Of a stretch of DNA of 64,000 nucleotides, positions 9,926-19,718 are shown piece after piece. The notes under the pieces were generated by a model that was given only the letters and a program-made list of their open reading frames with translations, made no database searches and had not been told where the DNA came from. The stretch spans positions 31,825 to 95,824 of the forward strand of contig JBMOIG010000003.1 of assembly GCA_049317445.1 (NCBI GenBank). Reading direction: 5' to 3'. Origin of the DNA: Myxococcota bacterium. GTDB taxonomy: Bacteria > Myxococcota_A > UBA9042. Positions within the stretch are counted from its first letter, which is position 1; every line of letters begins with the position of its first letter. Made by a program: the position numbers and the translations under genes.

Positions 9926-10798
9926 TCAATCGATGTCGCGCCCTTGTCGGTCCTGCATCTCGGGCTTGAAGGCCGCGGTCGGTGGCAGGTCCGCAGGCAT
10001 CTCGGCTGGCTCGCCCTTGGCGCGTGCCGCTTCGATCTTGGCGCGAAGCTCGTTCATTTCCGCGGTCGCCCGCTGCCCTTCGGCGGTGGCCGACCAGCGC
10101 GTCGCGATCGCCTGCCAGACCTCGATGGCCCGCGTGCGCCACCCCAGCACGGTGTAAGCGCGTGCGAGCAAGGCGTAATTCTCCAACGTGTGCGCGCGCG
10201 CGGGAAACAACTGCATCGCTTGGTGCAGCCGAAACACAACGCCCATCCACTTGCCGCGTTCGACGTAGAAGCCAACCACGTAGCTGTGGTGCTGCCACTC
10301 GAGATCGATGCAGCGGTCGCGCAGGACCAGTGCCTCCGTGGTGTAGCGCGACTTCGGGTACTGCCGAATGAAGCGTTCCAGCTGGGATCTCGCCTGTGCT
10401 ACGGCCGACAGGTCCAGCTCTTCCGCCGGCGGCATGAACCACAGATCGCTGGGAGCCAGCTCAACCTGCGCCTTGGCCGACATGAACAGCGCGTAGGGCA
10501 CGTTCTCGGACCCGTCGTGGCGCTGGGCGAACGACTGGTAAGTCTCGATCGCCTCTTGATGTTTGGCTTGGTAGAACTGCGCGTCACCCAAACGCAAAAG
10601 CGCAAGCGACGTCACCGTCAGGTACGACGGCATCGTCAGGAGCTTCTGGAACTCCTGCTCCGCCTCGATCATGGAACCGCCCGACAGGTGCTCCATGCCG
10701 TCGACGTAGATCTGCTCCGCCTCGGCCACGGCAGACTCCGTCGTCTGCGGACCCGCGCCACCGCACGCCGTCAACGCAGCGATCAGCAAGAGGAACAT
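9926..10798 (-). CDS. bamD: outer membrane protein assembly factor BamD (TPR lipoprotein)
   Basis: The internal start MFLLLIAALTACGG gives a lipobox. This is followed by TPR-like helices: GDAQFYQAKHQEAIETYQSF...YPKSRYTTEALVLRDRCIDLEWQHHSYVVGFYVERGKW. Confidence 0.75.
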   Translation of the reverse strand: MFLLLIAALTACGGAGPQTTESAVAEAEQIYVDGMEHLSGGSMIEAEQEFQKLLTMPSYLTVTSLALLRLGDAQFYQAKHQEAIETYQSFAQRHDGSENVPYALFMSAKAQVELAPSDLWFMPPAEELDLSAVAQARSQLERFIRQYPKSRYTTEALVLRDRCIDLEWQHHSYVVGFYVERGKWMGVVFRLHQAMQLFPARAHTLENYALLARAYTVLGWRTRAIEVWQAIATRWSATAEGQRATAEMNELRAKIEAARAKGEPAEMPADLPPTAAFKPEMQDRQGRDID

Positions 10799-11018
10799 GC
10801 CTCTCGCCGCAAGCTTGCCGTGGGGGTGCTGAGCGTTCACGTCGCCTCGGTTGTCCCGGTTCCAGTCCGACGCACGTCGGCCCTGGGTCGCCAAAGGACG
10901 CAAGAGCGTGCGGGATCCGGGGTCCGGCGTCAAGCGTGGGGAAGCCCGTCGCCCACCGACCAAGCCTCGCAGGTCCGCTTGTTCGTTCGGTTCTGGAGGA
11001 TCGCCGGGCGTCGAATGT

Positions 11019-11957
11019 CTAGAATCCGACCGAGGCTCCCGCGCCCAACCACGGCGTTCCGCGCAGACCGGCCTCCAGCGAGAGCGTCGCGCGGTCGGCG
11101 AAGCGGTACTCCAGCCCCGTGGTCGCCCGCAGCGTCGGCAACACCGGACTGGGCAACGCAAGCGCGCCGCGCCCCACCACCCGCCAGTGCGCGCAGGTCT
11201 CGGCCTCGTCGGCGGGGCAGGACGGCAGCGTCTCGGTCTGGTCTACGCTGCCCGCGAGGTACATCACGCCGACCTCGCCCCGCGCCGTCCAAGCAAGCGG
11301 TCCCGTCAGTGACTTGCGCCACGCGTAGCCCGCGGTCAGATCGATGACGGTCAAGCCCACCTGCGTGTACATCGGGTCCACCGAAGCATCGGATGCAGAC
11401 CAGTTGGCGTCCGGGATGTTGGGCACGATCACGCCGACGCGAATCGCCAGTGCGCCCGTCGGCGACAGCGGGTGCAACCAGCTCGCATCCACGGCAAGTC
11501 CCGACAGCAGTGGGTGCTGGTCACGCGCCGACAGCCAACCCCAAACCGCATCGGGCACCCACGCGCCGCCCACCTGCACCTCGATGCGGTCGAACGACGG
11601 GTCCGCTGAAGCGACGCGCCGCACGGTGGGCAAGGCGGGGACGGGAGCCGCAGCGACGGTTGTGGCGGGGGCGGAAGTGGCGGGAGCCGACCGCGGTGCC
11701 GGGGGCGGAAGTGCAGCTGGTGCCTGTGGATCGGTCAGTCGCGCGCCGGGCGGTGGCGGCGCTTCGCCGGGGACGCGCGGGCGACCGCCCGCTTCAGGAG
11801 TCTCGAGGGGGGTCAGCGGAGCCGGAGCGGCCGCAGCCAACCGTGCAGGCGCCAGGCCGACCAGCAGGACGACGGCGACGGTTTCGAGCAAACGCCAAGC
11901 GAGCCGCAACGCGCCGGCGTGATCAAGGCCACGTGGACCGGAAAACCGCGCTGCCAA
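11019..11957 (-). CDS. hypothetical proline-rich secreted/outer-membrane protein
   Basis: 312 aa. There is an N-terminal hydrophobic anchor and a Pro/Ala-rich linker. The C-terminal domain ends ...GASVGF with a terminal Phe, as in beta-barrel OMPs. Confidence 0.4.
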   Translation of the reverse strand: MAARFSGPRGLDHAGALRLAWRLLETVAVVLLVGLAPARLAAAAPAPLTPLETPEAGGRPRVPGEAPPPPGARLTDPQAPAALPPPAPRSAPATSAPATTVAAAPVPALPTVRRVASADPSFDRIEVQVGGAWVPDAVWGWLSARDQHPLLSGLAVDASWLHPLSPTGALAIRVGVIVPNIPDANWSASDASVDPMYTQVGLTVIDLTAGYAWRKSLTGPLAWTARGEVGVMYLAGSVDQTETLPSCPADEAETCAHWRVVGRGALALPSPVLPTLRATTGLEYRFADRATLSLEAGLRGTPWLGAGASVGF

Positions 11958-12230
11958 GCCACCCTCCGGGTCCCGGCGTTGGCCGGTGGCGCGACCGTAC
12001 CCCGCAACACCGCGGTTGGCAACGGCGTTGGCGAGGAGGGCGGTTCGCGCTCCGCCTGGCCGAGGCGACCTTCGCGGTGAAAAGCGGCGTCTTCAGGCGA
12101 GAATGCTGTTGCGCATCGGGCCGAAACCTGCGATTCCGCGGCTGCGGCTCGGGTCCTCCGCAAGGCCAACCGCATGGACGCTCAGGCGCCCGCCCGCACC
12201 GCCCCCCCACGACGGGTTACGAGCAGAGTC

Positions 12231-12920
12231 ATGCGCTATCCCCACTTGATCCTCGACTTGAACGGCACGCTGGTCGACACGTTCGAAGACCTGACCGTCG
12301 CGCTCAATGAGACGCTGGACGAACACGGCCGCCATCCGCTGGAGGTCGAGCTGGTCCGTCAGTGGTCCGGGCTGGGGCTGCGCGGGTTGCTGCGGTCCGC
12401 GTTCTGCAGCACGGGCCCGACGTTGACGGATCTGGAGTTGTCAGAAGTGCTGCTGTCGTTCCGCGACCGCTACGCGCGCCATCTGGGAACGAAGGCCTAT
12501 CTGTATCCCGGTGTGCTGGCGACGCTGGTGACCCTCGCCGACACCGGTGTGCACATGAGCCTGCTGACCAACAAGCCGCAAGCTCCGTCCCTGAAGCTGC
12601 TGGAACAGTTCGGCATTGCCCACTTCTTCGACTACGTGGTCGCGGGCGAGGACAGGCTGCGCCGCAAGCCGGACCCGTCGGGGCTGCTGCAGCTGATCGA
12701 GTGGATGCAGGCGCGACCGGATGCCACGCTGATGGTCGGCAGTACGCGCATCGATCTCGAGACGGCGCGCCACGCAGGCATCCGATGCGCCCTGGTCGAC
12801 CACGCCCAGAGCGGCCTGTATGTCCGCGGCATGGGAGCAGATTTCGCGCTGGATCGGTTCGAGATGCTGGTCTCGCTGACTCGCGGCGCTGAGACCTCGT
12901 CCGCGTACCCCTTGCAGTGA
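12231..12920 (+). CDS. HAD-family hydrolase (phosphoglycolate phosphatase-like)
   Basis: ATG at 12231 gives MRYPHLILDLNGTLVDT (HAD motif I with D-L-N-G-T), LLTNKP (motif II) and a C-terminal D motif. The upstream part of the 248-aa ORF is probably untranslated. Confidence 0.65.
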   Translation: MRYPHLILDLNGTLVDTFEDLTVALNETLDEHGRHPLEVELVRQWSGLGLRGLLRSAFCSTGPTLTDLELSEVLLSFRDRYARHLGTKAYLYPGVLATLVTLADTGVHMSLLTNKPQAPSLKLLEQFGIAHFFDYVVAGEDRLRRKPDPSGLLQLIEWMQARPDATLMVGSTRIDLETARHAGIRCALVDHAQSGLYVRGMGADFALDRFEMLVSLTRGAETSSAYPLQ

Positions 12921-12930
12921 CGGCCGCCGG

Positions 12931-13641
12931 CTATTCGGCGCGGAACCGGTCGCCTTCCCACAAGTAACGAAACACCTGGCGCTGGCGCTTGGGCAGCGTG
13001 CCGAGCATGGTCTCGGTCTCGCAGGGCAGCTCAAGCACCTCCGGGGCGCTGCCGCCGCGCACGACCGGAGCCTCGCACTGTTCGGCTTGGTTCAGGCGGG
13101 GGTCCTCGCGACTCTTGAAGGTGGTCGAAGCCCGCTCCCAGACCTGCTGCGGTGTCGGGTCTTGGGCGTTGGACGCCAGAAGTGCCCACAGCGTCTGGGT
13201 TTCGATGCCCTTGGCGATGCTGTCGACGCGGGCGGTCTCCAGTCGAACCAGCCACGCGCCCCGACGGGCTCCCAAGGCGATGCGCTCGAATCGAACGCCC
13301 TTGCTCTTGTCTTTCTCGAACCGAGGGCAAGTCGACAGCCGCGTTGCTGCCTCGACCTTGATGGGAGCCGACGGACGGCCCGCGAACGCGACCACGTGAC
13401 ATGCCGGGTTGCCGCCATCCGACCCGTCATCGACCCGTACCAGCGCCGCCGAGCCAGCCATGCCTTCCCGCGACTGGGGTACCGCCGTCGCCAACACCGC
13501 AACGTCGCGAGCCGAGGCGCCGAGATACGCCGCGGACAGAGCCGCAGCGCCGGACTTGGGGGCCGCAGCCGCCGTCACTGAGAACCCTGCAACCGACACC
13601 AGAGCGGCCGCACCCACACACAGACGTCCCCTGAAACCCAT
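12931..13641 (-). CDS. hypothetical secreted protein
   Basis: The internal start MGFRGRLCVGAAALVSVAGFSVTAAAAP gives a signal peptide. The mature region has no recognisable motif. Confidence 0.4.
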   Translation of the reverse strand: MGFRGRLCVGAAALVSVAGFSVTAAAAPKSGAAALSAAYLGASARDVAVLATAVPQSREGMAGSAALVRVDDGSDGGNPACHVVAFAGRPSAPIKVEAATRLSTCPRFEKDKSKGVRFERIALGARRGAWLVRLETARVDSIAKGIETQTLWALLASNAQDPTPQQVWERASTTFKSREDPRLNQAEQCEAPVVRGGSAPEVLELPCETETMLGTLPKRQRQVFRYLWEGDRFRAE

Positions 13642-13789
13642 GTCTTTCTTACCTTTGTCTGGAGAAGAAGGTCGTCCCGTGTCCCCTGCCCGGAACACGC
13701 GGAGCCGGCGGAGCTTACCCAACGTCCCACGCCTCGGCCAGCGCGAACGCAACCGAAACATGACAGCATCGAAACTGGTGCAGTGGGCC

Positions 13790-15103
13790 CTAGAGGATGT
13801 TGGCGGCGAGCTCAGCCAGCGGCGACCGTTCGCCCTTGGTCAGCGTGACGTGGCCGGCCAGCGGCTCGTGCTTGAACTTCTCGACCAGGTACGTCAGGCC
13901 GTTGTTCACGCTGTCCAGATAAGCGTGGTCGATCTGGTAGGGGTCGCCGGTGAAGATGATCTTGGTACCGTGGCCGACGCGGGTCAGCACGGTCTTGACC
14001 TCGTGCGGCGTCAGGTTCTGCGCCTCGTCGACGATGAAGTAGACCGACGGCAGCGAGCGGCCGCGGATGTAGGTCAGCGGCTCGACCTCCAGCATACCCT
14101 GCTGCACGAAGTCGTTGTAGGAAAACGCCTTCTGCCCCTTGCCGCTGTTCAGCCCGGTCAAGAAGTCGATGTTGTCGTGGATCGGCTGCATCCACGGGCT
14201 CAACTTTTCGCTGATGGAGCCGGGCAGGAACCCCAGGTCCTTGCCCATCGGGAAGATCGGCCGGCTGACCAACAGCTTGCGGAACTTCTCGCCGTCGGTG
14301 ACCTGGTGCAGACCGGCGGCCAGCGCCAGCAGCGTCTTGCCGGTGCCCGCCTTGCCCAGCAGCGTGCACATCTGGATGTCGTCGCGCAGCAGCAGGTCCA
14401 ACGCGAAGGTCTGCTCGCGGTTGCGCGGCTGCACACCCCACACCGGCCCGCGCGTCCGCAGCACGGGTTCGATGCGGTCACCAGCCACGCGAGCGAGCGC
14501 CGTCTTGTTGGCAGCGACTGAGCTTCGCAAGGTCAGGTATTGATTGGCGTACAGCTCGACGTTGCCCAACCGGGTCCGCTCGAAGCCGCCCTCGGCGTAG
14601 ATCAGGTCGATCAGCTCGGGGTCCACCTCGACCTCAGCGGTACCGCTGTAGACCTCGGAGATGTCCTTGCCTTCGCGGTCGTAGTCCTCAGCGTGCAGCC
14701 CCAGCGCGTCGGCACGAATGCGCAGGTTGGTGTCCTTCGAGACGAACACCACGGGCACGTCGGGCTCAGACTTCTTCAAGTGCAGCGCGACGGCGAGGAT
14801 CGAGGTGTCCATCTCGTGGCCCAACGCGAAATCGGTCGGCAGCTTGGCGCGCTCAAGGACCACGCGGACGATGCCACCGTTCGCGTTGGAAACGCCCTCG
14901 CGCAAGTTGCCGTTTACTCGACAGTCGTCGATCTCGCGGGCGACGTGACGGGCGTTGCGCCCCAGCTCGCTCTGGTCCTTCTTGAAGGTGTCCAGCTCCT
15001 CGATCACGTAGATCGGAATGTTGACCACGTTGTCGGCAAAGGCCTGCAGGCAGTGGCTGTCGTGCAGGAGCACGTTGGTGTCCAGGACGAAGTTCTTGCG
15101 CAT
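13790..15103 (-). CDS. PhoH-like ATPase with N-terminal PIN domain (PhoH2/YlaK family)
   Basis: The N-terminus MRKNFVLDTNVLLHD is PIN-like. It is followed by a P-loop GKAGTGKTLLALAAGL and a PhoH C-terminal domain, 437 aa in total. Confidence 0.85.
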   Translation of the reverse strand: MRKNFVLDTNVLLHDSHCLQAFADNVVNIPIYVIEELDTFKKDQSELGRNARHVAREIDDCRVNGNLREGVSNANGGIVRVVLERAKLPTDFALGHEMDTSILAVALHLKKSEPDVPVVFVSKDTNLRIRADALGLHAEDYDREGKDISEVYSGTAEVEVDPELIDLIYAEGGFERTRLGNVELYANQYLTLRSSVAANKTALARVAGDRIEPVLRTRGPVWGVQPRNREQTFALDLLLRDDIQMCTLLGKAGTGKTLLALAAGLHQVTDGEKFRKLLVSRPIFPMGKDLGFLPGSISEKLSPWMQPIHDNIDFLTGLNSGKGQKAFSYNDFVQQGMLEVEPLTYIRGRSLPSVYFIVDEAQNLTPHEVKTVLTRVGHGTKIIFTGDPYQIDHAYLDSVNNGLTYLVEKFKHEPLAGHVTLTKGERSPLAELAANIL

Positions 15104-15245
15104 GTGGAAGTCCTGTCGGCCCGAAAGACGTGACGGGCGCGGTCACGCAGGATTGCACCGGCACCGGGGGTGGTCAACGGCAGCGCGGTTCGGCACGGCA
15201 CCTGACCGCTTGCAACCGATCGGGCATGCCTTACAGTGGCCGACC

Positions 15246-16979
15246 ATGCCCCGGGCACTCCCGTCAAGCTGGTGGTTCGTTGCGTCGGTCGGCTGCTTGC
15301 TGATCGCCAGCTGCGGCCACGACCCTGACGCCGCCGCACGGCGCAACGCGCAGCTGCTGGACGAGGCGGCTCCGCGAACGCGGGTGTTCTCGCTGGCCAG
15401 CAGTGCCCATGAGTTTCTGGACCCCGCGCGCATCGCCGAGACCGCCGGCCAGCACTTGATGCTGAACGTGTTCGAGGGGTTGTACACCTACAACCGTGGC
15501 GACGGCCCGCCTGTTCCGGCGATGGCCACCCACCACGAGCAAAGCCCCGACGGTCTGGTCTGGACCTTCCACCTGCGCGAAGGCCTCGTGTGGAGCGATG
15601 GGACTGCGCTGACCGCGCAAGATTTCGTGTGGAGTTGGCGGCGCGTGCTGGACCCCAAGACGGCCTCGCGGTCGGCGCAGCTGCTGTGGTTCATCAAGGG
15701 GGCCAAGGCCTTCCACGCGGGTGAGACGACCGACCCGGAGACGGTTGACGTCCACGCGCTGGATGATCGCACGCTGCAAGTCACCCTCGACCACCCGACG
15801 CCGTTCTTCGACGAGCTGGTGTGCGAGCTGGCCTATGCCCCGACACCCCGGCACGTGGTCGAGCGGTGGGGACCGGACTGGACCCGCCCTGAGCATCTGG
15901 TGTCGAACGGCCCGTTCCTGCTGGTCGAGGACCAGCCGCGGGTGCGTGCCATCTTGCGACGCAACCCCAGGTACTTCGATGCGTCTTCGGTGTTTCTGAA
16001 CGAAGTGCGTGTGCTGCTTTCGGACGATGATCAGACGGCGCTCGACTGGTACGAGGTCGGTCGGACGCAGTGGCTGGGCGACCGCGCGCTGCCGATCGAC
16101 AAGGTGCCGTCGCTGTTGGGGGCGCGCCGCGTCGATCTGCGCTCGGACCCCAAGCTGTGCACGTATTACTACAGCCTGCGCGTGGACCGACCGCCACTGA
16201 ACGACCCTCGGGTGCGGCGGGCGCTGATGCTGGCGATCGACCGCGAGCGGCTGTCGCGTCACGTCCTGCGCGGCGGGCAACCGGCGGCGGGCACAGCGAT
16301 GCCGGATCTCTTTGGCGCTTCGCATGGTTACCAAGCCCTGCAGGTGCCATCGTACGATGTCGAGCGGGCGCAGCGGCTGTTGGCCGAGGCGGGCTATCCC
16401 AAGGGTCTGGGTTTGCCGCCGATCGAGCTGCTGCACAACACAGGCGACGGTCAGCGGCTGATCGCGGAGGTCATCCAGCGCGACCTTTGGGACCATCTGG
16501 GGGTGCGCGTCACGGTTGCGAGTCAGGAGTGGGGCTCGATGCTCAAGCGGCTGCAGGCGGGCGACTTCGCCATTGGGCGGTCGTCCTGGTGCGCCGACTA
16601 CCCGGACCCGTTGACCTTTCTCGAGGTGTTCCGCAGCGACGCCGAGGCCAACTACTCCGGGTATCGCAGCCCAGAGTTTGACGCCACGGTCGACGCGATC
16701 CGTGCGGAAACCCGACGCGACCCTCGCAATGCCTTGATTCGCAAAGCGGAAGTGATCCTCGACCGCGACCAGCCCTACCTGCCGATGTTCCACTACACCA
16801 ACACGACGCTGGTGCGCCCCTACGTCATCGGGCTTGAGCCACACCGCGAAGACAAGCACCCGCTGAAATACGTGCGCTGGGCCACGAGCGCCGAGTGGGC
16901 GCGCATCCGTGGCGGCGAGCGCATCCACCTGCCTCCGTTTGCCGTCGCCGCACCCGCGGAGCTCGAGGGACCGCCATGA
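15246..16979 (+). CDS. ABC transporter substrate-binding lipoprotein, family 5 (peptide/nickel, OppA/DppA-like)
   Basis: ATG at 15246 gives MPRALPSSWWFVASVGCLLIASCGH with a lipobox. The SBP_bac_5 regions are typical (HLMLNVFEGLYTYN, DGLVWTFHLREGLVWSDGTALTAQDF). The stop overlaps the next gene as ATGA. Confidence 0.8.
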   Translation: MPRALPSSWWFVASVGCLLIASCGHDPDAAARRNAQLLDEAAPRTRVFSLASSAHEFLDPARIAETAGQHLMLNVFEGLYTYNRGDGPPVPAMATHHEQSPDGLVWTFHLREGLVWSDGTALTAQDFVWSWRRVLDPKTASRSAQLLWFIKGAKAFHAGETTDPETVDVHALDDRTLQVTLDHPTPFFDELVCELAYAPTPRHVVERWGPDWTRPEHLVSNGPFLLVEDQPRVRAILRRNPRYFDASSVFLNEVRVLLSDDDQTALDWYEVGRTQWLGDRALPIDKVPSLLGARRVDLRSDPKLCTYYYSLRVDRPPLNDPRVRRALMLAIDRERLSRHVLRGGQPAAGTAMPDLFGASHGYQALQVPSYDVERAQRLLAEAGYPKGLGLPPIELLHNTGDGQRLIAEVIQRDLWDHLGVRVTVASQEWGSMLKRLQAGDFAIGRSSWCADYPDPLTFLEVFRSDAEANYSGYRSPEFDATVDAIRAETRRDPRNALIRKAEVILDRDQPYLPMFHYTNTTLVRPYVIGLEPHREDKHPLKYVRWATSAEWARIRGGERIHLPPFAVAAPAELEGPP

Positions 16980-18130
16980 CCGCCTTCGTGCTGCGGCGGC
17001 TGTTGCAGGGCGTCTTGACCCTGTGGGTGGTGGCGTCGCTGACGTTTGTGCTGGTGCGGCTGACACCCGGCGGTCCCTTCGACGGTGCCAAGCCCCTGCC
17101 CGACGCGGTGCGCGCCCATCTGGGTCGTTCGTTCGGTCTGGCCGAAGGGGTGCCGAGTCCCGCCGCAGGAACGCTCGCTCACTTTCAAGTCCACGTCGGT
17201 CAATCGGTTTCCGAAGGGACGGTGCTGGCCCGGCTGCGGCTGTCCGACGGCAGCGAGTCTTTGGTGCGGGCGCCGCGGGACCTGACGGTCGTGCAGCTGG
17301 TCGGCCAGCCGGGCCGTGTGCTGCGAGCGGGCGACGTGCTGCTGGTGCGCGAGACCTCGTGGCCGCAGCAGTACGTGGCCACGCTGACGAGCTGGGCAGG
17401 CGGCGATCTGGGCGTGACGTATGCGTCAGAGGGGTCGCGCACGGTTGTCGAGCAGCTGGGCGATGCGGCGCCGGTGTCGCTGGAGCTCGCGCTGCTGGCG
17501 CTTGGGCTGGCGCTGCTGATGGGCGTGCCCGTGGGGGCGTGGACGGCGCTGCGGCCGCGTTCCTGGCTGGACCACGTCACGACCGCGTCGGCGCTGGCCG
17601 TCGTGTCGATGTCGACGCTGGTGTTGGCGCCCGTGCTGCTGGTCGTGTTCGGTGTGTGGCTGCAGTGGCTGCCGTGGGGCGGCTGGGAGCCGTTTGCGTT
17701 CTCGTGGGAACACCTGCAGCCCAAGATCTTGCCCGTCGTGACGCTGGCGCTGGTGTACGCCGCCTGGTTCGCCCGACTGACCCGCGCCGGGCTGCTGGAC
17801 GTGCTAGGCGAGCCCTGGGTCCGCGCCGCGCGCGCGCGTGGCCTGACGGAGCGACAGGTGGTCCTGCGTCACGCCTTACGGGGCGCTTTGGTGCCCGTGG
17901 TCGCCTTCTTGGGTCCCGCGCTGGCGGGTCTGGCGGCGGGGTCTGTCGTGGTCGAGCGGGTGTTCGCCGTGCCGGGCATGGGCGACGTGTTCGTCACCGC
18001 GGCGCTGAACCGGGACCTTCCGCTCGTACTGGGCGCCGTGCTGCTGTATGCCGCGGGACTCATCCTCGCCAACCTTGCGGTCGACGTGGCGTGTGCCGCG
18101 CTGGACCCGCGACTGCGACGGGCACCATGA
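16976..18130 (+). CDS. ABC transporter permease (OppB/DppB-like) with enlarged first periplasmic loop
   Basis: MTAFVLRRLLQGVLTLWVVASLTFVLVRLTPGGP is the typical OppB N-terminus. The BPD_transp_1 core is ARARGLTERQVVLRHALRGALVPVV. About 130 aa are inserted between TM1 and TM2. Confidence 0.8.
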   Translation: MTAFVLRRLLQGVLTLWVVASLTFVLVRLTPGGPFDGAKPLPDAVRAHLGRSFGLAEGVPSPAAGTLAHFQVHVGQSVSEGTVLARLRLSDGSESLVRAPRDLTVVQLVGQPGRVLRAGDVLLVRETSWPQQYVATLTSWAGGDLGVTYASEGSRTVVEQLGDAAPVSLELALLALGLALLMGVPVGAWTALRPRSWLDHVTTASALAVVSMSTLVLAPVLLVVFGVWLQWLPWGGWEPFAFSWEHLQPKILPVVTLALVYAAWFARLTRAGLLDVLGEPWVRAARARGLTERQVVLRHALRGALVPVVAFLGPALAGLAAGSVVVERVFAVPGMGDVFVTAALNRDLPLVLGAVLLYAAGLILANLAVDVACAALDPRLRRAP

Positions 18131-18164
18131 CCTGCAACAACGCACTGCTGCAAAGGAACTTGGC

Positions 18165-19682
18165 TTGAGTCTGCAGAGCCTCCCCACGCTGGCCGCCCTG
18201 ATCCACCCCGGCACCTTGCCCGGGGGACGTTCGCTTGCGCGGCTGTTGCGCGGACCGGCGGCGCGGGTTGGGTTGGCGGTGTGCGTGACGATGGCGCTGC
18301 TGGCACTGGCGGCGCCTTGGATCTCCGCATTCGTGCTTGGACTTTCTCCCAACGAGCAGCACCTGTCGGCGTCGTTCGCACCGCCCGGGACGCGTGTGGT
18401 GGGGCGCGGTCACCCGGCCTACGACGGCGATGCGACGGCGTTTCGACAGGTGGACCTCGATGGCGACGGCCTGCTGCGCTGTCGAGTCGTTCCGGACCCC
18501 ACACTGTCGGCACGCCCGCAAGCCGCCCGCGACCTGCTGGGGCGCGTGCTCGGGCCGCAAGGCGCAACCTGGCCCGCCATCTCACGAGTTCCGCTGCAGG
18601 CGGTGATGGCGGCCTTTGCCGGAGAGGTGCGCTGTCCTGAGCTGGACCGACTGGCCCCGGCCGAACGGTTCTACGCCTTCTTGCTCGACGACTTTGATCG
18701 CGGCGTCGGCCGGACGCCCCCGGATCCGGCGGCGCCCGCTCCCGACGGCGCCCTGAACGTCCACGAGTATCCCAACAGGATCGAATCGTTCACGGACCCC
18801 ATCACGGCTCGCGCGGTGCAGGACTTGCGGCTGCTGGGTCCCGCGGCGTTTGCCCGCCTCGACGCCGACGGCGATGGACTGGCGACCCGCGACGAGATCG
18901 CGTTGGCGACGCGCGCCTCCCTGTTCGATGCCGCGGACCTGCTGGATCGCCACGACGATAACGGTGATCTGTCGATTTCCACTGCGGAATTCCCTGGTCT
19001 CCCCCGTCTGCGCACCTACTGGCTCGGTGCGGACCAGAAAGGCCGCGATGTGCTGGCGCGGCTGCTGCACGGCGGCCGCGTGTCGCTGGGCGTGGGGTTG
19101 CTGGCTGCGCTGGTGGCACTGGTGCTGGGAGTCTCGTACGGCGCGTTGGCCGGGGTCGCCGGCAGGCGGTGGGACGGCGTGCTGATGCGCGCGCTGGACG
19201 TCTTGTACGGTCTGCCGTTCCTGTTCGTGATCGTGTTGCTGCTGGTGCTGTTCGGCCGCTCGACCCTGCACCTCTTTCTGGCGCTCGGGGCGCTGTCCTG
19301 GCTGGGCATGGCCCGGCTGGTGCGCGCTCAGGTCCGCAGCCTGCGCGAGCAGCCGTTCGTGCAAGCCGCCGTCGCCGCAGGGATTGGTCCCGCCCGCATC
19401 CTGTGGCGCCACATCCTGCCGCACGCGTGGGGTCCTATTCTGGCCTACGCGCTGCTGGGAATCCCGGCGATCGTCTTGGAGGAGGCCTTCCTGAGCTACC
19501 TGGGCCTTGGGGTGCAGCCCCCGCAGGCGAGCTGGGGCACGCTGATCGCCGAAGGCACGCGGGTGATGACCCTGCGACCATGGTTGCTGCTGGCGCCAAC
19601 GCTCGCGCTGGCGGTCACGTCGTGGAGCTGGAACCTGCTGGGCGACCGGTTGCGCGACCTGCTGGACCCGAAGGCGAAATGA
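18165..19682 (+). CDS. ABC transporter permease (OppC/DppC-like) with about 250-aa periplasmic insert carrying EF-hand-like DxDxDG loops
   Basis: The C-terminal core is RTYWLGADQKGRDVLARLLHGGRVSLGVGL...LPFLFVIVLLLV...EAFLSYLGLG. The insert contains DADGDGLATRDE, a canonical 12-residue EF-hand loop, as well as DLDGDGLL and DRHDDNGDLSISTAEF. No ATG is present, so a TTG start at 18165 is assumed and is uncertain. Confidence 0.7.
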   Translation: MSLQSLPTLAALIHPGTLPGGRSLARLLRGPAARVGLAVCVTMALLALAAPWISAFVLGLSPNEQHLSASFAPPGTRVVGRGHPAYDGDATAFRQVDLDGDGLLRCRVVPDPTLSARPQAARDLLGRVLGPQGATWPAISRVPLQAVMAAFAGEVRCPELDRLAPAERFYAFLLDDFDRGVGRTPPDPAAPAPDGALNVHEYPNRIESFTDPITARAVQDLRLLGPAAFARLDADGDGLATRDEIALATRASLFDAADLLDRHDDNGDLSISTAEFPGLPRLRTYWLGADQKGRDVLARLLHGGRVSLGVGLLAALVALVLGVSYGALAGVAGRRWDGVLMRALDVLYGLPFLFVIVLLLVLFGRSTLHLFLALGALSWLGMARLVRAQVRSLREQPFVQAAVAAGIGPARILWRHILPHAWGPILAYALLGIPAIVLEEAFLSYLGLGVQPPQASWGTLIAEGTRVMTLRPWLLLAPTLALAVTSWSWNLLGDRLRDLLDPKAK

Positions 19683-19718
19683 TCCGACCCGCGCGAGACG
19701 ACTCAACCACCTTTCGCG

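Noticed and set aside
8017-9969. 650-aa plus-strand ORF, with similar long antisense ORFs at 2746..4476, 4358..5974, 5943..7070, 15264..17066, 21308..22888, 22167..23738, 24993..26573, 46759..48702, 49186..50484, 50809..52131 and 57236..58309
   Set aside because: These lie opposite or out of frame to genes with clear homology. Their composition is Arg/Ala/Gly/Pro-rich with no motifs, as expected for stop-codon-poor frames in about 70% GC DNA.
18300-18500. DLDGDGLLRCRV as a third canonical EF-hand in the OppC insert
   Set aside because: Position 12 is Val rather than Glu or Asp, so it is only EF-hand-like. Only DADGDGLATRDE fits the canonical loop.
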